Below are positions 1-10,589 of a stretch of 64,000 nucleotides of DNA, piece after piece. A program made the translations under genes and the position numbers. Source of the DNA: Promethearchaeota archaeon (GTDB taxonomy: Archaea > Asgardarchaeota > Lokiarchaeia > Sigyniarchaeales > SOKP01); NCBI GenBank assembly GCA_030599585.1, contig JAUVNS010000001.1, forward strand, positions 224,001 through 288,000, written 5' to 3'. Position 1 is the first letter of the stretch; each line of letters starts with the position of its first letter. The notes under the pieces are model-generated. The model saw only the letters and a list, made by a program, of their open reading frames with translations, was not told the origin of the DNA and made no database searches.

Positions 1-37
1 AATAATTTAATGAGATAATAAATAGAGGGATCATAAA

Positions 38-238
38 ATGAGTTCTAAAGTATCTGGAAAGAAATTTCATAAAAACTACTTAGCGCTCGAATTAGAGTTA
101 TCTGATATAATTATCTCGTTTAAAGAATTGCTCGGTTATATTGGAGCTGAGGATATCTATTCTGGTAAAGAAGAAATACCTTTTAGAGAAAAAGTTATCG
201 AATTTCAGAAGATAATGGTAAGTGAATTCGAAACTTAA
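38..238 (+). CDS. Small hypothetical protein, paralog of 27171 and 27585
   Basis: GAGGGA RBS-like site; motif DIIIxF...YxGxExIxFxE...(F/Y)Q...EF shared with two other small ORFs in the window. Confidence 0.7.
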   Translation: MSSKVSGKKFHKNYLALELELSDIIISFKELLGYIGAEDIYSGKEEIPFREKVIEFQKIMVSEFET

Positions 239-315
239 ATTTTTTTTGCTACTTTTTTTAAAAGAAAAAGAAAGTTAGAGGATTTAATATCCTTTTAGAA
301 TAACCTAACTTAAAT

Positions 316-1704
316 TTATAAATTTAATTCTTCTATGATTCTTTGATTTTCTGCTACTCTTTCCGTCGTGAGATCGTAATATTTCCAAAATACGAATGTG
401 CCAATTAAAATACATATCATTGGGACTACTGCTAAGTGTATATGAATCCCAATTTTTGCTGATGCGCTATAAGGATCTACATCAAAACCAGTAAGAGCAT
501 GGGCAAGAGTAAAACTTAACGCTTGAAAGAAAATCGCTAATCTTCCAAAAAACTGTTGAAACCCGGCATAAACACCTTCTTGACGCTTTTTAAGCTTTAC
601 CACCGATTCATCTACGACGTCCGCTAAGACAGGAGCAATCATTGCCCAATATCCTCCTATTGATAATCCCCACACCGTTAAAGCAATTACGACAGCTATG
701 AACTCTTCTAAAAATATCAATGGTATGGTAAAAATACCCATTAGTAAACCACAATAAACCATGATTTTTTTATTATCATTCAATTTATGAGCAGCTTTGA
801 CCCATAAAGGCGTAGAAACTAATGCTCCTATGAGAAAACCGGCAAAGAGTGGGATGGCTGCTTTTTCGTCCAATCCAGCTAAATTATTTACGACATATGG
901 AACAGATGCAGTCATTGATTGCACTAATGTACGATATAATGTATATGAGATGATGAAGGCAACAAAACTCTTTTGCTTTAAAGCATTACCTAACGATTTG
1001 AAAAAGGGAGGACCCTTTTCTCTTGACGTATGTGTTTCTAAATATCTATCAACAGCATTTTGATCGTCTCTTAGGCCAGGTATTGCTAAACCGAGAGCTA
1101 GCAAACCAACAATTATTACTGCCCCAGCAGTAACTACATATGTGGAGGGCACTCCTGTTGTTAAAAAAATAGGCGGGACAATCGCACCCATAGCAACGCC
1201 AACAAGACCTATTGGTATTTGTAGTCCTGTTGCAGTTCTACGTTCTTTAACAGATCTGAATTTATCAGGAAATAGCGAAGAGAAATTAACCCAGAAAACC
1301 GACGCAAATGTATCAAATAAACACGTAGTAAAAATTAACCAGGCAAACAGTAACCAAGCATCATTAACTGGATCTAAAGAGGGTGGCGTAAAGATAAGAA
1401 AATAACTTACTACAAATGGAACGCCTCCTATTATTATCCAAGGAAATCTCCTACCCCATTTTTTTGTGAATTTAAAAGGTCTGTTGGTAAGATAGCCTAC
1501 AAGAGGGTCATTTATTGCGTTGTAAACTGCGTAAACAAAGAATCCAAGACCTACTAACCAGACGTTGAGGTTAAGTTCGACCTCATAAAAAAAGAATGCG
1601 TAAGTACCAAAAGCCATTCCAACGAATTCGTTCATAAAATTACCGAAACCGTAGGAAGCCATGTTTATCTTTGAGTGTTTTATTTCACCAACTTCAGTTG
1701 ACAT
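316..1704 (-). CDS. MFS glycoside-pentoside-hexuronide (MelB-like) symporter
   Basis: YGFG N-terminus, AINDPLVG, KWGRRFPW, LADVVD..RQEGVY motifs; about 12 TM segments. Confidence 0.9.
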   Translation of the reverse strand: MSTEVGEIKHSKINMASYGFGNFMNEFVGMAFGTYAFFFYEVELNLNVWLVGLGFFVYAVYNAINDPLVGYLTNRPFKFTKKWGRRFPWIIIGGVPFVVSYFLIFTPPSLDPVNDAWLLFAWLIFTTCLFDTFASVFWVNFSSLFPDKFRSVKERRTATGLQIPIGLVGVAMGAIVPPIFLTTGVPSTYVVTAGAVIIVGLLALGLAIPGLRDDQNAVDRYLETHTSREKGPPFFKSLGNALKQKSFVAFIISYTLYRTLVQSMTASVPYVVNNLAGLDEKAAIPLFAGFLIGALVSTPLWVKAAHKLNDNKKIMVYCGLLMGIFTIPLIFLEEFIAVVIALTVWGLSIGGYWAMIAPVLADVVDESVVKLKKRQEGVYAGFQQFFGRLAIFFQALSFTLAHALTGFDVDPYSASAKIGIHIHLAVVPMICILIGTFVFWKYYDLTTERVAENQRIIEELNL

Positions 1705-1864
1705 AATTTATCATTTTTGTTTAAATTATATTTGTTAATTTCATTATTTGGTAGAGTTATTTTTAAAGCTATAGTTTCTTTAAATAAGAAGCTATCTCGT
1801 GATTAATTAATGCGTAAAAAAGAAAAAAAATAATTTTTTTTTTAAGAAGGCTTTATTTAACTTG

Positions 1865-2257
1865 TTATTTTGCCATTTCCTGGTCGTAATAAAACCATGT
1901 AAACGCTACGAAGAAAAATAAAAAGATAACTGTTTGTAACCAGATAATAATCGGAACTGGAAACATAAATATTGAGTAAATATGAATAATTGTACCTATA
2001 GCGAGCCAGGTTATTTCCATTTGAACTATGATTTTAACATGGTGCCATTTGGTTTCTCTCCAAGCTAATAAAGAAGCTACAGCCAATCCTAAAAATATTG
2101 CTCCCAATACACGCCCAGTTACTGGATCTAAATAAGGCCATCCTGTTATACTTACATAGTATTCGACGACGAATGTAAAAATTAAACCAAAAATTACAGC
2201 TACAAAAAAGTGCACTAAAAATAGAATTTTTAATAGTTTTGAAATTTCTTCTTTCAT
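1865..2257 (-). CDS. Small 4-TM membrane protein
   Basis: 130 aa with four hydrophobic segments; GAGGGA upstream. Confidence 0.75.
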   Translation of the reverse strand: MKEEISKLLKILFLVHFFVAVIFGLIFTFVVEYYVSITGWPYLDPVTGRVLGAIFLGLAVASLLAWRETKWHHVKIIVQMEITWLAIGTIIHIYSIFMFPVPIIIWLQTVIFLFFFVAFTWFYYDQEMAK

Positions 2258-2406
2258 AAGTTTTAATCCCTCATTGTTCTAATATAGAGTATATCCAATT
2301 TCATTTTATATTTTTATTTAGAGAATTTCATTAAAGTAAGCTATTTGTTTTTGTTTATAAATCTTTCTCGATCAAGAACTAGCTTAATAATAGGCACTAT
2401 ACATTT

Positions 2407-3194
2407 TTACTTAAATTTTTGAACGAAATCTGATAAGGGCAAAAAATATTCTTGATTAAACGAGAGGATATTATTGTGACCGGCTTCTTTAATTAAAACT
2501 AATTTTTTCTCAACGCTATTGGGTAAATTTTGGTATAGCAATTGCGATTCAGAATATGGAATAATCCAGTCTTCTGTTCCATGAATTATTAAAGTTGGAA
2601 CTTGAAACTTTTGAACTCTGATGTCGTTCGAGTACTCTTTTAATGAATCTTGTGTTAAATATGGGCTATTAACACGAAATAAATTAGTCATCATATTAAA
2701 GATGCTAGCGAAACCACTCTCAAAAATAACACCCTTTAATTTGGACGGATTATGTGCTCCGATTTCTGCTGCACAAACGCTTCCAAGAGATCTGCCTGTA
2801 CGAATAGAGAATCGAGATAATTCATTTCAGCCAACCAATCTCTAAAAGCGTCGTAAATAGGCATCGCATCAGAAATTAAACTCGTAAAGTATGGTTCGCC
2901 TGAACTAAATCCATACCCTCTGAAATCAACAACGGCGAGATTTACATTAGATTCCAAAAATAAATGCGAGATATATTGATAATCAAAAGCAATCTCTCCG
3001 TTCCCGTGGAACAATAGAATTGTTGGATTTTCTGTCTTGGTTCCAAAAAAAAACCCTCCTATCGAGATATTATCAGAGATATCACATTTAAGAACTTTAG
3101 TATTTGATTCTAACTTGTCAGGTATTTTCATTTTTCGAGGATAAAAGACCACATTTGAAATCGTAGGATTGTCAATTAATAGATTTTTTTTCAT
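2407..3194 (-). pseudogene. Alpha/beta hydrolase (ABHD-like), frameshifted
   Basis: FHGNGE and DFRGYG in the 5' ORF; IIHGTEDWII and AGHN in the 3' ORF; the GRSLG nucleophile elbow is in the second frame right after a 1-nt loss at ~2797. Confidence 0.8.
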
Positions 3195-3395
3195 AATTAG
3201 ATAAATATTCCAGTATCTTATTAAACTCTTTTTTCACCTTATGACTTTTTTGATAAAATAGCCTTTTAAGTAATAAAAAGACTTATTTAAGCGATTTATT
3301 ATTATTAAATCATATTAGATTTCACAAATGCGACGTGAACAATAATTTTCTTTGAAAGATACGCAATTCTCTTTGATAAATTTAATCGGAGCTAC

Positions 3396-4004
3396 ATGGT
3401 TTCAATAGGAGTTTTCATCCCCTTTTTTACAATCTCGCTTTCTACATTTTTATATATCTCAAGTGACTCGCCATTTAGTGTTTTTACGCATTATTTGAGT
3501 CATTTAGGAATCGGCCCGAATGGATCTAATATTGTTTTTAATTTAGGAAGCATGTTTTCAGGCGTCGTTATGGTGTTTTTTTTTTTAAACCTAAGCGTTT
3601 TTCTAATTAAAAAGGAAGTGCCGAGATATCTTGTTAATATATCTTTTATCGCTAGTTTGATATCGTCTATAGGAATTTTTATGATAGGGTTATTTCCTGG
3701 TGATGGATCGCAAGTTTTACATAATGTCGTATCAAGTCTTTTCTTTTTAGGTGGTTTAGCTTATTGCATACTTTATGGAATTGCAGAGTGGAAAGCTAAA
3801 GGTATTTCTAAGCTTCAAGCGCTATCAGGATTCGTAGTAGCTTTTTTTTTTATCGTGTTCATCTTTTTTACTGCTCTAATTTATTACAATATTGAAATAG
3901 CATTTGATCTTTCTCATTTTTTAGAGTGGATTCTTATGGCTGCCCTATTGTTTTGGATTATCGGACATGAAATTTCTATGATAAAGGACAAAAAATTAAC
4001 GTAA
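3396..4004 (+). CDS. DUF998-like membrane protein
   Basis: FSVFTHYLSHLG, FNLG, IGLFPGD..LH, EW motifs; multi-TM. Confidence 0.7.
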   Translation: MVSIGVFIPFFTISLSTFLYISSDSPFSVFTHYLSHLGIGPNGSNIVFNLGSMFSGVVMVFFFLNLSVFLIKKEVPRYLVNISFIASLISSIGIFMIGLFPGDGSQVLHNVVSSLFFLGGLAYCILYGIAEWKAKGISKLQALSGFVVAFFFIVFIFFTALIYYNIEIAFDLSHFLEWILMAALLFWIIGHEISMIKDKKLT

Positions 4005-4038
4005 AAAATCGTTTTTTTAATAATATTACGAAGCACAA

Positions 4039-4791
4039 TTAAGCCTTTCCTTGATTTGCAACGGCTTCAGTTGCTTTTTTAACAGCTTCTGGATCGCCTA
4101 AGTAGTAGTGCTGTATAGGCTTAAGATCATCGTTAAGTTCATATATTAATGGAATACCGGTAGGAATATCTAACTTTACTATTTCGTCTTCAGATATATT
4201 GTCCAAATATTTAACTAGAGCTCTTAAGCTATTACCGTGTGCTGATATTATCACATTTTTCCCACTCCTAATGGTTGGGGCAATTGTATCGTGCCAATAG
4301 GGTAAAAATCGTTCTACAGTATCCTTCAAGCATTCTGTTAAGGGAATATCTTTGGATTCAAGATCATTGTATCTCTTATCATTTCCGGGGTATCTTGGGT
4401 CTGAAGTATTAAGAGCTGGAGGAGGCGTATCATAACTTCTCCGCCAAATTAACACTTGTTCTTCTCCTATCTCGGCTGCTAACTTAGATTTGTAAAATCC
4501 TTGAAGAGCACCGTAATGTCTTTCGTTTAATCTCCACGATCTAAATACCGGTATCCACATTAAATCCATTTTATCTAATACGATCCATAAGGTTCTAATC
4601 CCTCTTTTAAGAAGCGAAGTATACGCAATATCAAAGGTATAATTGTTATCTTTAAGTATATTTCCCGCTTCCTCAGCTTCGATTACCCCTTGAACTGAAA
4701 GATCTACATCCGTCCATCCAGTAAATCTGTTCTGTTTGTTCCATTCGCTCTCTCCATGGCGTAGTAAAACTAATTTTTTCATTTTTATCAC
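4039..4791 (-). CDS. gpmA: 2,3-bisphosphoglycerate-dependent phosphoglycerate mutase
   Basis: [34 protein letters not shown]. Confidence 0.97.
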   Translation of the reverse strand: MIKMKKLVLLRHGESEWNKQNRFTGWTDVDLSVQGVIEAEEAGNILKDNNYTFDIAYTSLLKRGIRTLWIVLDKMDLMWIPVFRSWRLNERHYGALQGFYKSKLAAEIGEEQVLIWRRSYDTPPPALNTSDPRYPGNDKRYNDLESKDIPLTECLKDTVERFLPYWHDTIAPTIRSGKNVIISAHGNSLRALVKYLDNISEDEIVKLDIPTGIPLIYELNDDLKPIQHYYLGDPEAVKKATEAVANQGKA

Positions 4792-4883
4792 TATAGCTAT
4801 ATTAATTTAGATTTTTAAATTAATTTCAATTATAATAATTACCAATTGTAATGTAATTTTAATATAGAAGACCATACTTTTAG

Positions 4884-5561
4884 GTGTTATGTAAAGTGGA
4901 TGAAAAGGGTATTTTAAAAGGCGCCAATCGTAAAGAAGCGATGTGGAATAAAACTAAGCTTGGAGAACCGTTTAAAAAGGCTCTTGAGCGGTTTAGAAGT
5001 GATGTCATACCTCGTAGTGATTTTGACCCAACCTCGTTATTACAATTTGGATTGTTCATGTCTATGGCTGTCATCACTATTTTACAAGATGTCGAAAAAA
5101 AATTAGGTGAAAAAGGTCAAAAAGTAGTCATCGATGCTTTAATCAAAACTGGATATACCATGGGGAAGCAGATTCTTGAAGACGTACAAATTCCCGCAGA
5201 AATTTCCGATATAGAACTAATGAGTTTCTTAGCAACGATCGTAAATACTCAAGCTTGGACTTCGATTGAAGATCCACGAATTGACAACAAGGAACAATGT
5301 TCTTTTGACATACTTTGGTGCCCTCTGCAGGATGTTTATAAAGCCTTTGATTGTAGGGTTCAAAGATATTTAGTTCAAGGAATAATTAATGCCTTTAAAG
5401 ATTCTGGCGTATTACAACACGAGTATCAAGTAGAATTTAAAAAAACCATCCCAGCGGGAGCTAAGACTTGTTTGTTTCATATAACTAAGAAGAACCCAGA
5501 TGAAAAAGACAAATGGGAAGAATACTCAAAAGAACTCGAAAAGAAAGCGTTAGACAAGTAA
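4884..5561 (+). CDS. ATC-hydrolase/V4R-like protein (start may be ATG 4941)
   Basis: WCPL...DC...TIPAGAKTCLF cysteine pattern. Confidence 0.6.
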   Translation: MLCKVDEKGILKGANRKEAMWNKTKLGEPFKKALERFRSDVIPRSDFDPTSLLQFGLFMSMAVITILQDVEKKLGEKGQKVVIDALIKTGYTMGKQILEDVQIPAEISDIELMSFLATIVNTQAWTSIEDPRIDNKEQCSFDILWCPLQDVYKAFDCRVQRYLVQGIINAFKDSGVLQHEYQVEFKKTIPAGAKTCLFHITKKNPDEKDKWEEYSKELEKKALDK

Positions 5562-5675
5562 CACGCGATTAAGGACTCAATATCAATACTAATTTGATTA
5601 TTAATTGTCTAGACTTAAATATTTGAAAAGAGATATTTTATATACAATTCTTCACCCTTTAATGAAATTAAAAAA

Positions 5676-6380
5676 ATGAGCCAAAAAAGATTTATAACTT
5701 CAATTGCAGTCCTTTGCTTAATTTTACTATCAATATTTCCTCTTTTTTCACTTGGTAGTACTACTTTAGGAGAGTCTACATTTCCTATTGAAGAAGAAAA
5801 TGAAATAATATGGGAAAGCGTAAATGCAACTGAATCGTGGTACATGGACGTTGAATATGTGAGATTCACCGCTTCAAAAATTTTTAACGAAACTTTTAAC
5901 AATAATAATTATCTATTTCTGAATTACACCTTAGAGTTCTACCACCGATTCTCTTGGGTACCACGCTATACAAATTCTTTTTACATGGCATATAATAAAA
6001 CGCTAAATTATTTGAACTGGTCTTCCGAAGGATTTCTGAAAGGCAATTTATTTTTATTTCCCACTCCACTTAATTTATCGCTCATAGGTGAAGCGGTGAA
6101 AAATGAAGGAATCCTAAACTATTCTATAATTGGAGAAAAACTCGTTTTAGAACACGATGGAAACAATACCATAATTGAACTATCCATTAATTCTTCAGGA
6201 GTATCTACAATTATTGAAAGAATTACAAACGGAACAACTATCTATAGATGGGAATTAAACGAAGAAGATATCATAATTAAAGTTCCATTTGGGAGCAATT
6301 ATTTGATAATTACAATCGTTTGTATAATTCCTCTTGTTATCCTTACGAAAAAAAAGATTACGAACTTTAGAAACCATTAA
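5676..6380 (+). CDS. Secreted protein with C-terminal membrane anchor
   Basis: N-terminal signal peptide, many NxS/T sequons, VPFG + TM + KKK tail (resembles a Loki-CTERM-type sorting signal). Confidence 0.7.
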   Translation: MSQKRFITSIAVLCLILLSIFPLFSLGSTTLGESTFPIEEENEIIWESVNATESWYMDVEYVRFTASKIFNETFNNNNYLFLNYTLEFYHRFSWVPRYTNSFYMAYNKTLNYLNWSSEGFLKGNLFLFPTPLNLSLIGEAVKNEGILNYSIIGEKLVLEHDGNNTIIELSINSSGVSTIIERITNGTTIYRWELNEEDIIIKVPFGSNYLIITIVCIIPLVILTKKKITNFRNH

Positions 6381-6457
6381 CATTTAACGAAAATTTATGT
6401 ATTGTTTAATTTTTTCTTCAATTATAATTAGATTAAATTAGCAAAAGATGAAAAAGT

Positions 6458-7987
6458 GTGAGTGAAGAATTTTTTTGGTGGAATGACGAACAGAAAGCTA
6501 TCTATAAAGATGTGAGACAATTTGTCGAAGATAACTTCGAAGAAGCTGAAGAATACTTCTGGAATACCAAATTTCCGTGGCCATTAGTAAAGAAGGTAGC
6601 TGAAAAAGGCTATTTTGGAGTTGGAGTTCCAAAAGAGTACGGTGGTTTAGAATTAGGCGCTACTGGGAGTTGTATTGTGGCAGCACAACTGGGGAGACTT
6701 TACGCTGTAGGCCACGTATTTACCGTAAGCATGCTAGCTGGATTGGAACAACTATTGAGGTTTGGAACTGAGGAACAAAAGAAATCATGGCTTCCCAAAA
6801 TCGCAAGCGGAGAAGAATTAGGCGCTTTATGTATTACTGAACCGTTTGCAGGATCAGATGCCGCAAATGTTTTTACTTCCGCGACCAAAGATGGAGACGA
6901 GTGGATCCTAAATGGTAAAAAACGATTCATTACAGGAGCAGGAGTTTCTGATAGGTATTTTATTTACGCAAAAACTAGCGATGATAAAGATACTCGTAAG
7001 CAATATGGGCATATTACATCCTTCGTAGTGGAAAAAGGCAGACCAGGATTTAGTTTAGAAAAAATTAATCCATTGATTGGGTTTGATAACGTTCCTAACG
7101 GGTATATAGACTTTGATCACGTTAGAATTCCTGATGTTAATCGTATAGGTGCAGTTGGAAATGGATGGAACGTGATGATGGCTGGATTAAACTTTGAACG
7201 CTTAATTGGGGCAGCTGTTTTTAGTGGGTTATTTGAAGACGTAATAAATTTGTTATTTCACTTCACTAAAAGACGAGTTCAATTTAGAAGAACGACGAAT
7301 CAATTTCCGGGAATACAAGAAAAAATTGCTGAAATTATAACTAAAGCAAAAGTTTCAAGGTTGTTTTCTTATCACTGCGCAAAATTAATAGATAATGGGG
7401 GCGAACCGATGGTTGAAGCTTCGATAGCTAAAATGATTAATACTGAATACGCTAGAGACATAGGTCTTAAAGCTATTCAAGTTTTAGGAGGAGATGGGCT
7501 TACTAAATTCTTACCTGCTGAAAGAATTTTACGTGAGGCTAAAATAGGAGAAATTGTGGCAGGAACGACCGAAGTTCAGAAGATGATCATCTACCGGTTC
7601 TGTGCTATGCTTCCTTCCTACAATAAACCTATGAGATTGAAATGGAACGATAAAGTTAATGCACCCATTATTTCAAAGAAAGAGTCCCAATTCAAAGGAA
7701 TGGATATAACCGAAGAAAACGTGTTAAAAGTTATCTCTCACGATTATAAAGTTAATCCAGGCTTGTACATGACTCCTGACGATGTACGAGAAGATATAGG
7801 CGGGGGTAGATCTGAGTTGCGAAAGATTTTCGAACAACTGGAAGAACAAAAATTAATCGTTATTCATCGCGATCGCTCGGGAAAAACTGCCTTAGTTAAA
7901 GCTACTTACGAGGGATTACAAAAATCATTTCCAAAAGAATACTATCAGTGGTTTCCAGAATGGTATGAAAACGTTGATAAGTTTTAA
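6458..7987 (+). CDS. Acyl-CoA dehydrogenase with C-terminal winged-helix-like extension
   Basis: ITEPFAGSD, LNGKKRFIT, RVQF, QVLGGDG, IVAGTTEVQK; about 120 extra C-terminal residues. Confidence 0.9.
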   Translation: MSEEFFWWNDEQKAIYKDVRQFVEDNFEEAEEYFWNTKFPWPLVKKVAEKGYFGVGVPKEYGGLELGATGSCIVAAQLGRLYAVGHVFTVSMLAGLEQLLRFGTEEQKKSWLPKIASGEELGALCITEPFAGSDAANVFTSATKDGDEWILNGKKRFITGAGVSDRYFIYAKTSDDKDTRKQYGHITSFVVEKGRPGFSLEKINPLIGFDNVPNGYIDFDHVRIPDVNRIGAVGNGWNVMMAGLNFERLIGAAVFSGLFEDVINLLFHFTKRRVQFRRTTNQFPGIQEKIAEIITKAKVSRLFSYHCAKLIDNGGEPMVEASIAKMINTEYARDIGLKAIQVLGGDGLTKFLPAERILREAKIGEIVAGTTEVQKMIIYRFCAMLPSYNKPMRLKWNDKVNAPIISKKESQFKGMDITEENVLKVISHDYKVNPGLYMTPDDVREDIGGGRSELRKIFEQLEEQKLIVIHRDRSGKTALVKATYEGLQKSFPKEYYQWFPEWYENVDKF

Positions 7988-8012
7988 AATCATTCTTTTC
8001 TTTTCTTTTTGG

Positions 8013-8363
8013 CTAGTCTTCTATTTTGAAGTCTTTAAGTAAACCAACTTTCTTATCAAGATCTATAGTTACAGCTAATAGTATTGTCTCTTCTGAGTCC
8101 TCAAACTCGGGATCGATCATTACAAAGTAAAATATTTTGTCGTTCGTATTGTATCCCATCTCTAATTCACCGCATTCTTCTGGTAGAATTTTTAACAGAT
8201 CATCAGAAGCGTTATTTCTCAATACCTCGTAGATCGAATTTTCGACGTTTGATTGACTCTGCCGTATTTCTTTAATCTTTGTAAAATCAAATTGACCCAT
8301 TGATTCTCCAGCTTTAATATTTAACTCGTTCCATTCTTGAAATAAGTCATTTAATTCTGTCAT
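8013..8363 (-). CDS. Hypothetical acidic protein
   Basis: 116 aa ORF filling the gap between genes with typical composition. Confidence 0.65.
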   Translation of the reverse strand: MTELNDLFQEWNELNIKAGESMGQFDFTKIKEIRQSQSNVENSIYEVLRNNASDDLLKILPEECGELEMGYNTNDKIFYFVMIDPEFEDSEETILLAVTIDLDKKVGLLKDFKIED

Positions 8364-8464
8364 AATTTCTTTATCTTGAGAATAAAGATAAAGATTATTA
8401 TTATTCTATGAATAAAAAATGATTATCTCATTCTTTAAATTGAAGCTAATAATAATAATGTTTA

Positions 8465-9463
8465 TTGAACTACATTCTTAGAAAATATGTAAGAAAAATT
8501 ACGAGGAAAGGTTATCAAAAAATGAAGAAAAACAAAATCATTTTTAAAGGGAACAATCTTGCTCACACATATTCTATCGTGGCAAGAGATACTAAAACCG
8601 GCGAGATGGGTGTGGGTGTCCAGAGTCACTATTTCTCGGTTGGAAGCATCGTCTCGTGGGGCGAATCTGGAGTTGGAGTCGTGGCTACTCAATCGCTCGT
8701 GAATGCGTCTTTTGGTTTACGAGGGTTAGAATTATTAAAGCAGGGTAAATCTCCGGAAGAAGCTTTAAACTTTTTAATATCTGAAGATGAAGGTAGAGAG
8801 GTAAGACAAGTCGCAATTTTAGACGCTCAAGGAAGGGTTGCCACTCATACTGGTTCGAAATGCATTATTCATGCAGGTCACATAACAGGTAATAACTTTT
8901 CAGTTCAAGCTAATATGATGCTTACTGATAAGGTCTGGTCCACAATGGCTAAAAGCTTTGAATCAAACGCTAATTTACCCTTAGCTGAGCGAATTATAGA
9001 AGCAATGAAAGCGGCAGAAACTGAAGGCGGCGATATCAGAGGAAAACAATCTGCAGCGATTTTACTTGTAGGCGGTAAAGAAGCTAAAAATAAGTGGGAA
9101 GATAAACTCATTGATTTAAGAGTAGAAGATAACGAGAAACCTGTAAGGGAACTTGAAAGGTTATTAAAACTTTATAGAGCTTATAAACACATGGATAAAG
9201 GAGATTTAGAAATGGAACATGATGATATGGAGTCTGCACTTAAAGAATACGATTCTGCTCTAAATATGTTTCCCAACAATCTTGAAATGAAATTTTGGAC
9301 TGCCGTCACCTTAGCTAATAATCAGAAAATTAAAGACGCATCAAAAATCTTTAAAGAAGTCTTTAATAAAGATAATAATTGGAGATTACTTGCAGAAAGA
9401 CTTCCCAAGAGTGAGTTATTAACCGTTTCTAAAGATGATTTGAAAAAAATCTTATCATTATAA
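8465..9463 (+). CDS. DUF1028 (Ntn-hydrolase-like) protein with TPR tail; likely start ATG 8522
   Basis: HTYSIVARD..TGEMGVGVQS, QANMM, GGDIRGKQSAA, DLRVED; helical TPR-like C-terminus. Confidence 0.88.
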   Translation: MNYILRKYVRKITRKGYQKMKKNKIIFKGNNLAHTYSIVARDTKTGEMGVGVQSHYFSVGSIVSWGESGVGVVATQSLVNASFGLRGLELLKQGKSPEEALNFLISEDEGREVRQVAILDAQGRVATHTGSKCIIHAGHITGNNFSVQANMMLTDKVWSTMAKSFESNANLPLAERIIEAMKAAETEGGDIRGKQSAAILLVGGKEAKNKWEDKLIDLRVEDNEKPVRELERLLKLYRAYKHMDKGDLEMEHDDMESALKEYDSALNMFPNNLEMKFWTAVTLANNQKIKDASKIFKEVFNKDNNWRLLAERLPKSELLTVSKDDLKKILSL

Positions 9464-9465
9464 CT

Positions 9466-9969
9466 TTAATGACGATACAAGTTGTCGAAATCATTTTTGT
9501 TAAGCGAAAAATTCATTATTTTCTTATTATATTGTTTAATGATTACATCCCCCATGTATTTCATCCCAGAACGTTCTGCTACTAGCCATCCTCTCTTGTT
9601 ATCTTGGTTGATATAGGCATTAAGTGTATCTATCTTTAAGGTCGAAAATACGAATTCAATAGATTTTTTAAGAGCTTCTATTGCGTAACCATTTCCCCTG
9701 TATTGAGGAAACAATATAAAATAGCATTCCATTTCACGACTGGTATTCAGGGGTTTTAAAAAAATAAGACCTAAAAGTTGCTCATTAACTTTGTGAGTAA
9801 TCGTAAAAATCAGTGTATTCCTTTGAAAATCTGTAGAAAAGCTTGTCTGGGCTGTATAACTCTTAAAAATTTGACGTAATTCGCTATTGCTTTTATAAAA
9901 CTCCATCAGATTAATCTGCTTGATTACGAGTCGTTTTGTTTCTAGCGTATTAAGAATTTCAGGATTCAA
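9466..9969 (-). CDS. GNAT N-acetyltransferase, RimJ/RimL type
   Basis: LETKRL, YRGNGYAIEAL, N..G..VAERSGM. Confidence 0.85.
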   Translation of the reverse strand: MNPEILNTLETKRLVIKQINLMEFYKSNSELRQIFKSYTAQTSFSTDFQRNTLIFTITHKVNEQLLGLIFLKPLNTSREMECYFILFPQYRGNGYAIEALKKSIEFVFSTLKIDTLNAYINQDNKRGWLVAERSGMKYMGDVIIKQYNKKIMNFSLNKNDFDNLYRH

Positions 9970-10045
9970 TTGAAACGCACTACTTAAGTCGTTTTTACTT
10001 TAGTAATAATGCATGAACTAATAAATATTTCCTTCTAACGAATGA

Positions 10046-10432
10046 CTAATCAACTAATAGTTTTACTCCTTTTACGAGCTGTTGCGGGCTAATTCCGTAA
10101 AGAAATGCCGAATGAAGTGTTTTAATGTCGTTTTCTATATTATTTATGTTTTCATTTTGCTCCCTATAACTCTTTGCAATCTCCTCAAGTTTTGAAAACG
10201 ATAACTCTTTAGAATTATTCATTTTCCCAAAATATCCTCCAAACGCTTTAAACATATTATGCATCAACTCGATTTCTTCATCATTAAATGTTTTCGTGCA
10301 TTCTTCACATACAGTTCCAAAAGAGTTTCCAATTTTTTTAATCTTCACGCCTGATTTAGTATCATTTCGACAAAGAACGCATTTGATATAACTTAGAGTA
10401 GTTTTCTTTTTCGTATATTCTGAGACAATCAT
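10046..10432 (-). CDS. CxxC..CxxC zinc-binding hypothetical protein, paralog of 39802
   Basis: CVLC...CEEC and NMFKAFGGYFG. Confidence 0.75.
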   Translation of the reverse strand: MIVSEYTKKKTTLSYIKCVLCRNDTKSGVKIKKIGNSFGTVCEECTKTFNDEEIELMHNMFKAFGGYFGKMNNSKELSFSKLEEIAKSYREQNENINNIENDIKTLHSAFLYGISPQQLVKGVKLLVD

Positions 10433-10452
10433 AAATTACTAATTTTTTCTGT

Positions 10453-10468
10453 TTATTTAAAAGAAAAA
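10453..10468 (-). promoter_or_regulatory. Pyrimidine-BRE/TATA element
   Basis: TTTTTCTTTTAAATAA about 20 nt before ATG 10432, in a divergent intergenic region. Confidence 0.65.
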
Positions 10469-10589
10469 TATACGGTTCTGAGTATCGTAATTTCCTTTCT
10501 ATAAAACAGCTTGGTAAAATCGTTTTAGAAAAATGTTAGGGTTTAATAATATAGGTGTTAATTATTTGGTGATTCTAAGTGCTTGAATT

